From assembly GCA_028534125.1 (NCBI GenBank), contig CM052832.1, positions 13,890,001-13,954,000 on the forward strand: DNA of 64,000 nt, in the 5' to 3' direction. Source of the DNA: Lama glama (lineage: Eukaryota). The notes under the pieces were generated by a model that had not been told where the DNA came from, did no database searches, and was given only the letters and a program-made list of their open reading frames with translations. Positions 25,029 through 38,299 of the stretch are shown in pieces. Each line of letters starts with the position of its first letter. The stretch's first letter is position 1. The translations under genes were made by a program, and so were the position numbers.

Positions 25029-25608
25029 CTTTACCCTCTCTATCTGAGATCTCTCTCAACTGCCACAGATTCTGGCTTATAATCCATGGTGCCTTCTCAA
25101 GGGGCGTGGGCCAAGGAATATGAAAGTAAAAAGCTCAGTAAAAATTAGGAGGTTCTAATCGTATTTCTGCCCCAGACCAGTCACGTGCCCTTGGGCAAGT
25201 CACTCTTTCCGCCCCTCCCCGCCACGCTGACCAGTCAGGAGCATGTAGTGTGAAAAAGAAATAACCTTGGTCATTTCTAAGCCACTAAAGTGGCTGTTAC
25301 TGTGGCGTAGTCTGGCCCATCCTGAGTAATCCAATGCTATATTGTTTCCTGTTGCTTATCTTTGGCCTCAATCTCCAAACCTGCCTTCTCCCTGAAACTC
25401 CCTGAAAGCATTGGTTCCACATTCAGATCTGAAAAGCAGCAAGAGAAGAAGGGAGTCTGTCCCCTAAACAGGGGAGCAGGGTTGTGTCCAGGGAGATACG
25501 CCCATGCTATGCTGTGCTCTGGGGTACAGGTTATGCTGTATGAAATGTACACCCAGCCCTGGAGGGCTGTGGACAGACACTGCCCCTCAAGCTTCTCTCC
25601 CATACTCA

Positions 25609-25633
25609 TTTATTGGCTCTCCGTAATTTTATT
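25609..25633 (-). other. ARMC12: ARMC12 polyadenylation signals (two AATAAA)
   Basis: Minus-strand AATAAA at 25628-25633 (overlapping the TAA stop) and 25609-25614. Confidence 0.7.
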
Positions 25634-28600
25634 CTCCATTATTAAAGCAGGAATGACTGGGTGGGCAGGAGGGCCGGACTCCCACTTCCGGCGGGCACTG
25701 CAGGCTGACTATGACCTTGCAGGCCTGGATCTGAACATCCTCCTCAGGGTGGATGACCAGGGCGAGCAGCCGGTCTGCCAGCCGTGAATCATCACCAAAG
25801 AGAGCTTCATGCACAGACTGCTCGTTGTAATGCCATTTCACGGCCCGGTAGTGGGGTGAACTCCGGCCCTCGCTCAGCCGCTCTGCAAACACCAGCACCT
25901 CGAACAGCAGACTCCCAGGCTGTGTGGACTGGAACAGGTTCAGGAAGTTGGACTGCACCTGTGATGGGGATGAAGCAAGCGTGGGAGTGAAATCCAAGGC
26001 AAGTTCTCAAGTTCTTCTTCTATTCTCCTATTGCCTGAACTCCCCAGTAGACCCAAGGTTTCAGATTCAACTGTTAGGGATTTTTTTGTTTTCCTTTCAT
26101 TATCATAATTTCATTGTGTCATAAAATATGAGTGATATAATAATACTGATTCGGGGAAATATGTTGAAACAAAATTTAAGCTTAGCATGTGGTTGATTTT
26201 TATAAATCTTTTGTGTACTTGAGAGGAATGTGCACTCACTAACTGTGGAGTGTTCTAGGCATGTCTGATGGCTCAAGCTTATTTGTGTTATTTGCAGCAA
26301 GTAAAACCTTACTCATTTCAGGTATTTTTCTATTAATTGTTGAAAGAACAATTAATCTTCCAAATCTTCCACTGTAGTGACAGATGTGAGAAAGAAGGAA
26401 ATCCTGCCATTTGTGACAACATAGATGGACCCTGAGGCCATGATGCTAAGTGAGATAAGCCAGAGAAAGACAAATACTGCATGGTATCACTGACACGTGG
26501 AATCTTTAAAAAAAAAAAAAAGTCAGACTTACAGAAACAGAGTAGAAAAGTGGTTGCCAGGGGCTGGGAGTTGGGGGAAATAAGAAGAGGTTGGTAAAAG
26601 GGTATATACTTTCAACTAAAAGATGAATAAGGGGGGATACAGCTCAGTGGTAGAGTGCACACTTAGCACGCACAAGGTCCTGGGTTCAGTCCCCAGTACC
26701 TCTGTTAAAAAAATAAGTAAATAAATAAACCTAATTACCATCCCCAAAATAAAAGATGAATAAAATCTGAGGATCTAATGCAAAACATGGTGACTATAGT
26801 TGATAACACTGTATTATATAATTGAAATATGCTAAGAGAATAGAATTTAAATGTTCTCACCAAAACCAATTATGTGTTAATTAACTGGATGGTGGGAATC
26901 CTTTCTCAGTGGGTATGTATTCCAAATCACCACAATGTAGTATACTTTAAATATCTTACAAATTATACTCTATCAATTATACCTCAATAAAACTGAAAAA
27001 GGAGAAAAAACAATTTCCTTATAATTCTATCAAGTTTTGCCATGTGTATTTTGAGACTATTAGGTTCATATAAGTTTAGAGTTTGCTTTATCCTTCTGAA
27101 CTATTATGTAGTGACCCTGTCTACTCCTAATTATTTTTGTTATAAGTAATTTTCCCCTAATATTAAAATACCCACATTAACTTTGGTTACCTGTGTCCCT
27201 GACCCTCAGAGTTCAGAAAGCCCCTCCAAGGAGAATCTGATTCTTTTGGGAGGACAACAGGGGATGGTTTGCAAGGCAGCTCGTGCAGAGGCAGGTAGAG
27301 GAACAAGATGGTCTTGTTAGGGCTACATCTGTCTGGAGAATCCCTGATCCTTTCCCAATATCTAAGTTGGCATCCTAGCCCGTCTTCAGTTCCTTTCTCA
27401 CCTGGCAGTTGAGAATATCATAGAGCAGGTCGTTCTTCTGTGCCAGGTTGCTCAGCAGTCGTATGGCTTGTACCTGAGTAACAGAAAGAGTAAAGCACGA
27501 GGAGGCGGGTGAGTCTGTGCCTGAGCACAAATCTCCACTCCTCCCTCTGGGTGCTGGGCCAGGGCTGGGCCATGGTCCTCAGGGACCTGTGCCAGGATAT
27601 AGTCTGACTGCAGGATCTCCATCAAGGCAGGCATCACCCGGCGCAGCTGTGGATGTACAAAGTCAGGCAGCGGCATGTTGTTGAGGAGTCTGAGGCCTGC
27701 AATGTGCAGTTCCGAGTCCCAGATGGTGGAGATCAGTTCCAGGACCTTGATGGAGTGTTCCTAGGGCGGAGAGGGTAGGAAGAGAGAAGAGTTTTCTGCT
27801 TTTATACAATGATCTCCAATACTGTTCCAGCCTCTGCCTTCTCTCCACCGCCCCAACTCATGACAACTGAGTCAAACCCAGTAGACAGCTCCCTCTCACT
27901 TAAAAGATCAACATTATTTGACTTAGTTGACCACTCCTACCTCCCTAACATTCTTTCCTCACTTGGCTTCTCCATCATAGACTTCTTTCCTGGTTCTTCT
28001 GCCCAACCTCCTCTGTCTTCATCGCTCCCTTAGTGACGCAGTGTTACTCACAGACTCTGTGTTAAATACTAACCATCTGCTGATGCCTTTCGAGTTTCTG
28101 TCTCCAGCCCAGACCACTCCCTCAACTCCAGATTCATAAATGCAATTTTCACTACCTTTCCGGAATGCTTACTAAGGCTCTCAGAGTTCACACTTTCCCA
28201 GCCCCCAGACCTGCCCATCCCACCACCTTTTCTGCCTCCACTGTTGGTTACACCTTCCTTTCAGTTACTCAGAATGAAAATCTGTGGTCTTCCTTGACTC
28301 CCTTCTTTCTCTCATACCCCTTTTTGGAAAATCCTGTTGGCTCTACCTTCAGAATTGATCAACAATCAAGTCCCTTTTCACCTTCCCCCTTCTACCACCC
28401 TGTTCTAAGCCACTGTCACCTCTCCCCCAGATTTCTGCAATAATCTCCTTCTCCTGGCTTCCATCCTTACCCCTCTGCATCTATGTGCAGAACAGAAGAT
28501 GTGTTAGACATGTCACTGCTCTGTTCAAGAGTCCCTAGCTCATTCAGGGTAAAAGCTAAAGTTCTTACAGTGGCTTACAAAGTCCAGTTTGATCTGCCCC

Positions 28601-31600
28601 TCTCCTCACATTCTTTTTCTTTTTTCTTTTGATGGCATGGGTAGATAATGAGGTTTATTTATTTATTAACGGAGGTACTGGGGATTGAACCCAGGACTTT
28701 GTGCATGCTAAGCATGTGCTCTACCACTGAGCTATGCCCTGCCCCTCCACCACCATTATTTCTTTGACTTCATCTCTTATTCTCTCCTTTGCTCCCCATA
28801 GTTCCCATCACTATGGCCTCTTAGCTATTCCCTGAACATGCCAGGTACACACCTATCTCAAGGTTTTTGCACAGGCTGTTGCCTCTACTTAGAATGCTCT
28901 CCCTCCAGCTATTCAGAGCTCACCTCCTTCAAGACTTGGTCTTAATGTCACCTTCTCAGTGAGGCCTCCCTGACCACCCCCTCCTTTAAGACGACAACAC
29001 CACTCCCATCCCTGCCTTCCTTATCCTCCCCCTTTATTTTTTCCCCATAGCACTATCACATGTAACACACTTTTCGTTTTTAAACATTTTATTTTCAAAT
29101 AACTATAAATTCATGGGAAGTTGCAAAAATAGTAGAAGAGGTTCCATGTGTCCACCACCCAGTTTCCCTCAATGGTTACATCTTACATGATTGTAGTATA
29201 ATATCAAAACTAGGAAAATGGTATTAGTACAATGTGTATATAGAACTCTGTGTCATCTTATCATGTATGTAGATTCGTGTAACCACCACTGCAGTCAGCA
29301 GAGTATTCCATCAGAACTGCTCCACCACCACAGATCTCCCTTGTGGGGCTCCCTTGTTACTCATGCTTACCCCTCCCCACCAAAACCAGCCCCAACCAGT
29401 GGCAACAACCAACCTGTTTTCCACCTCTATAGTTTTGTCATTTTGAGAATGTTATATAAACAGAATCATACTTTGTGACCTTCTGAGATTTTTTTTTTCA
29501 CTCAGTATAATGCCCTTGAGATCCATCCAAGTTGTTGTATATCAAAGGTTCTCTCCCTTTTATCACTGAGTAGTGTTCCATGATGAGGATGACCCCAGTT
29601 TGCTTAATCATCTATCAGTTGAGAGACATTTTGGTGGTTTCCAGTTTTTGACTATTACAAATGAAATTGCTATGAACAATTGTATACAGATGTTAAGTTG
29701 TTTATTTCTCCAGGATAAATGCCCAGGAATGCAACTTCTGGTTTGTATGGTAAATGTAGAGATCTTTTTTTTTTTTTAAGTGCTAAACTATTTTGCAGAG
29801 TGGCTGCTGTACTGTTCTACATTCCCACTGGCAACATATGAGAGATCTGGTTTCTCTGTATCTTCACCAGCACTTGGTATTGTCACTAATTTGGAGTTTA
29901 AATCATCTAATAGGTGGATAGTAATATTTCATTGTGGTCTTAATTTGCATTTCCTTAATGGCTAGTGACGCTAAATACTTTTTCATGTGCTTATTTGCAT
30001 TTCGTATATCCTGTTCAGTGAAACATTTCCATGTCTTCTGCCCGTTTCGAGTTGGATTTTTTTTTTCATATTGAGTTTTGAGAGCTCTTTATATAATCTA
30101 GCTGTGAGTACCTTGTCAGATATGTGACACATATGTGGTTTGCAAATATTTTCTTCCAGTCTGAAGATTGTCTTTTCATCCTTTTAACAGGGTCTTTCAC
30201 AAAACCAATTTTTTTATAATTTTGATGAATTCCAATTTATCAATTTTTTTCTTTCATAGTTTGTGCTTTTGGTGTTATTTCTATGACTCTTCATCAAGCC
30301 CTAGTCCCAGAGATTTTCTCCTTTGAAAGTGCAACACCACGCCCACACCAGCCTTCCTTACCACCCTTCTTTATTTTTCTCCATAACACTTACCACATGA
30401 AACATGCTCTATATTTTACTTATTTATGTAATTGCCTGCCATGCTCTGCTAAATATAAGCAGAATATAAGCTCTACTGGGACAGGGATCTTTCCTGTTCT
30501 GTTCACTGCTGTAGCTCCAGTGCCTAGCACAGAGCTGTGGCACAAAGTAAGTGCTCAATTGATAAACATTTGTTGAATGAATAAAAGGACCTTGGCTTCT
30601 AAGATGCAAGATACTTGGGCCAAAAGGTATTACCAAAGGCAGGTACCCTTACAAGCTGTACCCCTGTGAGCCACGTAAGAAGGAAGCACAGGTCCTGGAG
30701 TAGGGAACACAGCATCCCCATTGGCACCCTGCTCCTCCCTGCCCTCGCCCCTCACTGTCTGCTGAGACCTGAAGCACTGGTAGGAGTTAGCATGTCTGAG
30801 GTGGGGTTTCAGTCAGAGGGAACTGCAAGTATAAGGGCTGGGGAGGGGAGAGAGCATGAAACCGACAAGGTCAGCGGCTGGGGTTGGGGCAAGGAGGTGA
30901 AGCTGAGGGCGCACTTTCTGATGAGCCTTGAGGAAGACCAAGCAGGGGCCGATGCAATCAGATCCCTCTGAAGAGGGTGGTCTGACTCAGGGGATGAGGC
31001 GAGCTCCATTTCAGACCTGTGTGGTTAGAGGGCCACTAGTTTGTCTGAGTGGAGCAGCTGGCCCAGGGTCTGGAGGTCAAGGGAGACCCCAGGCTGCAGA
31101 CAGAGACACAGGAGAACCCATGAAAGCTGAGGCCAGGGAGTGGCCGCTTTCCCCCCAGAGAGGGGAGAACAGGGTCAGGTCCTCAGGATACAGACTGCAG
31201 AAAGAAGGAACAATGGTGCCCAGGCCACCTGCATCAGAATCTTCTGGGCAAGGGGAGGCTTGTGAAAAACAGCTCTCCTGTTGAACTGGATTCTCTGAGT
31301 GTGGGGCCTTGAAATGTTCATTTTTAACTAGCTCTCCAGGCAATTCTGATCTGCTTGAGAATCATAGCCTTAGGACAACTGAGATTACCGAGGATGAGGT
31401 AGAGGCAGCCAGCAAGTGGAGACCAAGACACCCTCTTTTTCCCCAAAAAAGGTGTGATGCAAGAAATTGAAAGTGTGAAAATACGAAATGCTGGGAAAGA
31501 GGTGATACACCAGGAACACTCATGCAGGGTTGGTAGAGGGTGTGAATGGGTACAACCCTGCTTGAAAAGTTGGGCATACCTGTCATCCAGCCATTCCACT

Positions 31601-33379
31601 GCTGCTTACATAGCCCAGGGGGAGTTCTCCCATGTCCACTAGGGAGCTGTGTATAAGAATGCTCATGGCACAACGTGGAAACAACTGGATAAATAATATT
31701 GCAGGGTATTCGTGAACTGGAATACTATACAGCAGGGGAGAAGGAAACAGAGCTGTCCACATCCATAAAAGTGTTAGAGAGAATAAGGCAAACTACAGAA
31801 TACAAACTGCACACTTCCACATACATGAAGCTTAAAACATTCCAGCTATATGTGACCTATTCGTTTATTGTCTGTCTCGCCCTGTAAGAACAGAAGAAGA
31901 TACATGGGAATGTGGTCGAACTACAAAGAAAATCAAGGAACTGGTGAACAAAATGCAGAGGAATGATTGCTTCAGCCCATTCCCATTAAAGACCTGTGGA
32001 CTGTGGACATTCTGTGTGATCTGCCCCACTGCTTGTTGCTGGACTCACCTGGATTTTGAGCCTAAATTTTCTGATGCCAGAGAAAGCTTTAAGCGTGTTC
32101 AGAGCTTGGATTTTGACACTGTTGTCCTTGTCATCCAGCATGGAGCCCACCAATGCGATGTCATCATTAGTACAAGCAGAGGCCTAGAGAGTGCCGGCAG
32201 AGATGGGAGAGATGGGAGAGGCAGAAGCAGGTGTCCTGGTCCCAGGCCCCCATGTCACCAAGACCCCTCAACACAACCCCTCCCACCAATGGAGGCAGGT
32301 CTGATGACACAGTCTGGCATGTCAGGGGCCAGGCTGGCTGGGAGGGACCTCCTGCTTCCCTTCCCTCACCTCGGACTCCAGCAAGTACACACAGCGCGTG
32401 ATACTGTGCAGGATCATGCTCTTGGCGTACGCATCCTGTTTGCACTCCAAAGAGTTGAGGAGCCTCCGGAGCTCACCTGAGTCCCGCCCATGCCGCTCTC
32501 GCTCGATTGCCAGGCCTAGATAGCCACCGCAGCCCAGTTCAGGCTGTGGACTCGGAAGTGATGAAAGAATGGGGTTGGGAAGTTGGGGAGAGGGACCTGG
32601 GGGCAAGGCTGCCTTGCCTTTTCTGAAGAGAAGACTTCTTGCTATATGCAGGACCACCATGTACAGTTGAACAGGGTGTGTATTGCACAAGGGCACCACA
32701 TCCACATCTAATGCCGTATTGTTCATATAATAAACAAAACTTTTGAATATTTACTATAACAACTTGCTGGCGTATGGCAGTAACATGTAGTATCTCATCA
32801 TATTCAGTATACGGCAATGATATTCCAACAGATGGCAATAAAAAAGTCTTGCAGAAGGGGGGCCTTTCTCTACTTTGGACAAAGTTGTCATTTGGACTAG
32901 CAGAGGCTCTGGGCATGTAGGTCCCCCAACCTTCCCTTGGGGAGAACTGCTGATGCCAAGTTTCCAAGCAGTGTCACCCTGGAAGCTAGAGTGAGTGTAG
33001 AATTCAGAAACCTGCCAGATGAGTCCTGAGGATGTACTTGAGTGCCACCCACTACCTGGGGACCCTGAGCTAGCATCTCTAGGGTGGGTCTGAGGAAGAT
33101 GGAGAAGAGGAGAGAGGAGAGGGAACGTGGAGGAGTCACCTTTGGCCCTCCCACACTGGAGGCCCCGGGAACAGGTACCTCCTGGGGCTAAGCCCTCTCC
33201 CCAGGGCGGGGGCACTCACGGGCGATACAGATGGGCGAGGTAGTGCAGAGGGGTGGCTGGCATTTGATGCCAGCCTTGATGGCCTTGTAGAGCAGGTAGA
33301 TGGCCCCGGCGCCTGTGGCCAGGCTCACTACACCTTTGTAGATGTCCATTTGCCCCAGGCGCTGGGGGATGCAGCACAT
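25629..33379 (-). CDS. ARMC12: Armadillo repeat-containing protein 12, 6 exons (33379-33220, 32515-32370, 32183-32049, 27760-27587, 27473-27402, 25958-25629), 338 aa
   Basis: Continuous spliced ORF MCCIPQRLGQMDIYKGVVSLATGAGAIYLLYKAIKAGIKC...LAIERERHGRDSGELRRLLNSLECKQ...VKIQALNTLKAFSGIRKFRLKIQ/EHSIKVLELISTIWDSELH...VQSNFLNLFQ...SCFNNGE*. All introns GT-AG with consistent phases. Confidence 0.96.
26388..27000 (+). mobile_element. LINE-1 3' end in ARMC12 intron 5
   Basis: aagaaggaaatcctgccatttgtgacaacatagatggac...gctaagtgagataagccag...tatcaattatacctcaataaa. Confidence 0.85.
26631..26749 (+). mobile_element. tRNA-derived SINE (Vic-1-like) inserted in L1
   Basis: agctcagtggtagag...ggttcagtccccagtacctc; 14-bp TSD taaaagatgaataa at 26617-26630 and 26750-26763. 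Confidence 0.9.
28611..28745 (-). mobile_element. tRNA-derived SINE (Vic-1-like)
   Basis: T-rich tail then gaggtactggggattgaacccagg...ctctaccactgagcta. Confidence 0.88.
29070..30300 (-). mobile_element. LINE-1 (L1M-type) 3' fragment in ARMC12 intron 3
   Basis: acattcccactggcaa...tcaccagcacttggtattgtca...ttaatttgcatttcc...tttgcaaatattttcttcc. Confidence 0.8.
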
Positions 33380-34752
33380 GCCCGAGTCTTCAGTGCAGCT
33401 TTGCGCCCGGGTGGGAGCAAGGCCTGAGGCACCTGGCAAAGGCCTTCCGGAACTAGAACTCTGGCAGGGCCAGGAACCAGGGTACCAGAATCAGAACCCG
33501 GGCAACAAAGGAAACGGGGGAAATGGTGGGATGGAGGGTGGTGGTGGGGACCCAGGGCAGCCAGGGAGATTCAGAGGCTGTTGGAAACAAAGCTCCAGAC
33601 TCTAGTAGAATAAAAAATTTGGGAGCAGGAATGTCCTTCTCATCCCCTTTTCTTTAGCGGACCAGGTTGGTCGGGCCCCAGCAGGCAGCTCCACAGGCTG
33701 CCTTTCTTCCATCAGAGGGCAGCAGAGGCCCAATTTCTGGGCTGGGGCCATTGAAATTGGAGGAGGGAGGCGGGTGACCACTGACAGTCCTGTTCCCTCA
33801 CTTGCCTGCCTGGCCCTGCCATCTTTGATCTCTTTACCATAGATCCACTTCTGGGCCTGGGGTGTTTCTGTAGGTAGAACATTTTATCCTTCCTTTGGAG
33901 GATAAAAAGCAATGTATACGTACCTGCTAACCAAAAGCTCCTGAAGGCAGCTGTCTGCATCTCCAACAGCCAGCACAGAGTCCTGCACTTAGTAGATGCT
34001 AAAGTTATAGCTTCTGTCATTCTTTGAGGACAGAATAAGATCAGAGAATCTGGATGCAGGGGCTCCAGGCCCATGTAACCAGTGTGACTCTGGAGCAGGA
34101 GGGATTGCCCTTACCTGAGTCTGTTTCTGCAACTGTAACTTAAGAGGATCCAGATTTAGCATTCTAAAACTCCAGGATTAAATTGTGGGTAGGTCTGTGC
34201 TACTAAATCACGGAGGTCTATATCTGGAAGTATCACACCCCATTGCCCCCACAACATACACACAGGGTGGGATGAAGCTGGAGGCTTCCTCTGGAATCAG
34301 AAAATCCTGGAGGATGAGAACCCAACTTTGGAGGCCTTGGTCTCTACCACTAGGCTGGAGCAGGTGAGACTAGACCCTTCCCTCCTTCTCTTCCCCACTG
34401 CCCCTAGTGTCCCCACATCCTCTGGCCTCACCTTCTGCTACAGAGCAGGGAGGAGCCTAAGCCAGGCTCAGTCCAAGCCAGCACAGGGCTTCACCTGCCT
34501 GGCTTTGAGCTGCTGTTGGAAGGCTCTGGGCCCTGGGCTGCACCTGGGCTTGAAGGCGGTGGGGAAATAGGAAAAAAGTGTTCCCAAGGATGCCGCAGTC
34601 AGCCAGGTCTGTCCACTGAGCCTTCATCTATCTCACCCCAGACTCCAGGCAGCACTCCGAGGGGGCCATTCTCTTCCTTTCCTCTCTTTCAGCCTTAGGT
34701 CTCCTCAAGGGTCATTCCTAGGTGGTTCCTAGCCCTCTACACAGCCCTAAGG

Positions 34753-36560
34753 TGAGTGGTCAGGCCATTCAAGATGGCTATTCTCTTGCTCTCTGTACAT
34801 CCCCTGCTCCACCAGTCCTTTCTTCACCTGCACCCACTCATGTGAATGTGTTTGCCCTGATCTAATCCCTAGGCCAGAAGGGCTCCACCTGCAAGTTTAT
34901 TAAAAGGAAACATCTACCCCAGTGATGGTAATTAATCTATGATGGCTGTGAGGGATGTGCCCAAGCTGCTGGTTTCCCTGGTACCTGAGGAGCCAAGGTA
35001 ATATCAATTCCCGCTATAAATGGTAGCCTCCTTCTCCCCCGAGTAGTGAAAAGGGCTGCTATCCCACCTTCTTTCTGCCATACACGGTGGAGGTTATCAC
35101 TCCAGGACTTTTTGCTTAAGATCCCCTGTCCATAAAACACTGATGTCTCTGTCGCTATCTCCTGCAGGTCCATGAGTTGCAGCCCAACAGTTGGCAAGCC
35201 AGCCAAGAGGCCGAGGAAACTCCTGCAAGTGCCAAGATGTCAGGAAGTGAGGACGGAGAACGGAGAGTCGCAGGAGTGACTGTGACCGTCCACTAGCAGC
35301 TGGGGCCCCATGGTAGCTGACTACCATGAATGATGTCTTTCTCTTCCATTACTTTGATATCCTCTGAACCTCAGGGTCTCTTTATAACTTAAAAGTAGCT
35401 GCTCCACACTCATGGCTCATCTGACTGCATAGGGATGGCTGGTGAATACAGACAAAATGCAAGGACCAGGATTATCTACAAAAGACAAGGATAACCCCAA
35501 CTCCTCACCCCTAAACAATTAGACACAGGCTTTTGGGGATATTAACTTAGGGACAGGCTTGTGAACTGAATGTTGTCAGTCACCTGGAAGGGTTTGGCTG
35601 GGACCTGGGGCAATGACAAAATAAGAGTGCTCTTGGGCTTCTGGTCCCAGCTATGGAAAAGGGCAGAGCAATGACACAGTGTGATGGAACTACAGCTGTA
35701 TGCAGTCTACAATGTGCTACAAGTGGAAGACATTACAAAAGGCCCACTTCAGTCATCTAACAACGCGAATAAACTGTTTTGGGTCTAAAACCGCTTGTGT
35801 GTGACATATAGAACCCCCGTGGACACTGACAGTGACCAAGGAATCCACTCTACTGGCTACAAAGTTCAGGAATAGGCCGATAAAAAGGATATACAGTGGC
35901 ATTTCCACCTGCCTTTCGACCCCACTGCTGCTGGGCTAATGGAAAGGACCAATGGACTACTTAAACAATTGAGATGGAAACCCACTCTCTCAACAGGCGG
36001 ACCAGAGGCTAACACAAGCCCTATGAACTATAGCTGAACATCCCAGGTGCAATCGTCCCAGTGCCATGTTAATCCACAGGCAACTAGTCAATGCAATCTG
36101 AGTTCAATTCTTGACTACCAAAGGACCGTGGCCAACTATTGGTCAGGACAATAATTCACTTTTGCCCTTGCCACAGGATCTACCCCCAGGGGAACACATA
36201 AGATGGTCCTGGGACTGCCTGGTAAGTCCTGATGGTTTGAGTTTGCCATCCTGCGGGGAATAGGATTAGAAAGGGATTTAGAGACTTCACCTGTTTTATA
36301 CCTGGTCCCACCTGAGACTACTAAGGTAATTAACCTGGACCCCGGACTGGAGAAAGGCACTGTCATACTAAGGTCTGTGGTTATACTGCCTCTCCAGTAT
36401 TTGGCATCATCGATGTCTGTTGCTATCCCCAGGCTTGCTCTTCAGTTTCAAGGCTTACAGGCCTGCGGGTGCCACCCAACAGTGGGTGACTATACAGACC
36501 CCCTGCAGTGAAGGATGATGGAGGCCTTCTCACTGCCTGGGGACCACCTATCAAGTCCCA
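34753..36560 (+). mobile_element. Decayed ERVL provirus: 5' LTR (34753-35189), tRNA-Arg-like PBS (35192-35209), integrase remnant (~35828-35975); no 3' LTR seen
   Basis: LTR TG...CA; PBS TGGCAAGCCAGCCAAGAG; translation DSDQGIHSTGYKVQE*ADKKDIQWHFHLPFDPTAAGLMERTNGLLKQ matches the ERVL integrase core. 3' boundary approximate. Confidence 0.85.
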
Positions 36561-38299
36561 TGAACTCTGGGCAGGAAATGGCTGCCTGATGGAACTATTT
36601 CAGGTTCGAAGGCTACCCTGGTGGATCTGAGACTAGGTCCTTCAAAACAAAGTTCTTGCCCTTGTCTGAGGTGGGACGCAGAGCTACTGGCCATGGTGTT
36701 GATCCTGCAACCCTCACATCCTTAAGCAAATGCAGTACTCACCTGCTCTTTAAAGATCTCCAGGGGAGGAAAATTCTTTCTTGGCTCTAACCTAAATCCC
36801 TCCTGCTACACTTAAGCCCATTTCTTTTGGTTCTGCCCTCAAATGATTCAGAGATTAAAAGCAGAGGCATCACCAGTGTGAGATTTTCACTAGTCCACAG
36901 CACGATGAAAAAATATGGAGGACTGTCTAGTTGTTGGTGGAAAGTCAATGACTGTCCTTTCTTGGCAGTAACTGCTTTTGATTCAGATGATGTCTGACTT
37001 ATTTTGAGGAGGATTAAAATGGACTTGCTTTTATGAAATGATGGTGATAACAGATGGTAGTTGTGTTTTGAAGGTTCCTAGGGAGCATAAATTGAGGCTG
37101 CAACTCTTTGTCAGAACTTGGCTTTTGTTTTCTTGTTTCATTTTTTTCTGTAAAATCCAGAAATTTGGAATATTGGTTAGAGAGAAGTCTAGGATTCCAT
37201 ATACACACAACCAAGCCCCAGTTTCTTACCCACCCTCCCCAATGCAAAAGTTGACAGGCTGCCCTAGGACACACCTTTCTGTCACCTGCACCAGCTTTCT
37301 ACCTTATAGGTTGATGTTCCCATCATGTTAGTTGCAGTTTATTTAGCAAGTGAGAGTGTGGGCTCAACCCAGACTGCTGGGGTTCAAATCCAGCTCAGCC
37401 ACTGACTTAGATTTGTGATCTCTTTGTGCCGCATTTTCCCCACCTATAAAATGGGAAGAATAACAATACCTACATCTTGGGGGTTTTTGAGAGGATTAAG
37501 TACTTGGAACAGTGCCCAGCACACAGAGCTTCCCAAATGTAACTAGAATAATTCCTATTATAAGCAGGTTTCACCTAGACAATAATGTTGGGTGTGGGAA
37601 GGCAGTGAGCATACGGATGGCGGGACTCTGTGAGGCCTGAAAGGCACCTTATTCAGCCCCTTCCATTTCACTGTCTACCCCTCCCACCCTGGTCTTCTTC
37701 AGGTTAATCAGTCTCATCTCCTGTAACCTATTTAACTGCCTTGAGCAACTCTGGAGTCCTCTTTGAATCACCCCCCCCCCAACCCCGCCACGCCCAAATA
37801 CTTAAATCAGGAGGGCTAGGGAAATCCAGCCTATTGCCTATTCCCTTGAGCTCCTTTATTCCTAAAAACCATCCTCCCACCTGTGAAACCCTAAGACTAT
37901 CTCCGCATTCTCTCTACCAGGACTCTGATAATAGGTGTTTCAGCTTAGTGTATCAGAGGAGCCTAACTGGGTACCTAGTGTGGAAAAGGGTGCTAGGCCA
38001 TTATGGTGGGCGACCCAGGAGGGGCCCGGCAACCGGATGCACAGGAGAAGCTATGGGAAAATTAACCTACTCTATCTATACTCTAATGAAAAGCCCGTTG
38101 GGGTCCGATGATCTTGGGTTTGAGCGAACTGGGTCTCCGTTTCCTTCTCCGGGAAACGTGTCTTTTAATACCTGCCTACTCCCGGGAAGTGCCGCTGTCA
38201 GAACTGAATGAGAATGTACGTTGTGACTCTCCCTCGAAGAACAAGGGACGCTCAATACGTGCGAGCTGCCCCAGCAGAAAAAAGCGGAGAGATGAAAGT

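Noticed and set aside
26631..26705. tRNA-like sequences with A and B boxes (also ~15930, ~22530, ~28675)
   Set aside because: A-rich tails, TSDs and no proper acceptor stem: SINEs, not tRNA genes.
33380..33439. N-terminal ARMC12 extension in the ORF track
   Set aside because: Begins at TTG, not ATG; most likely 5' UTR.
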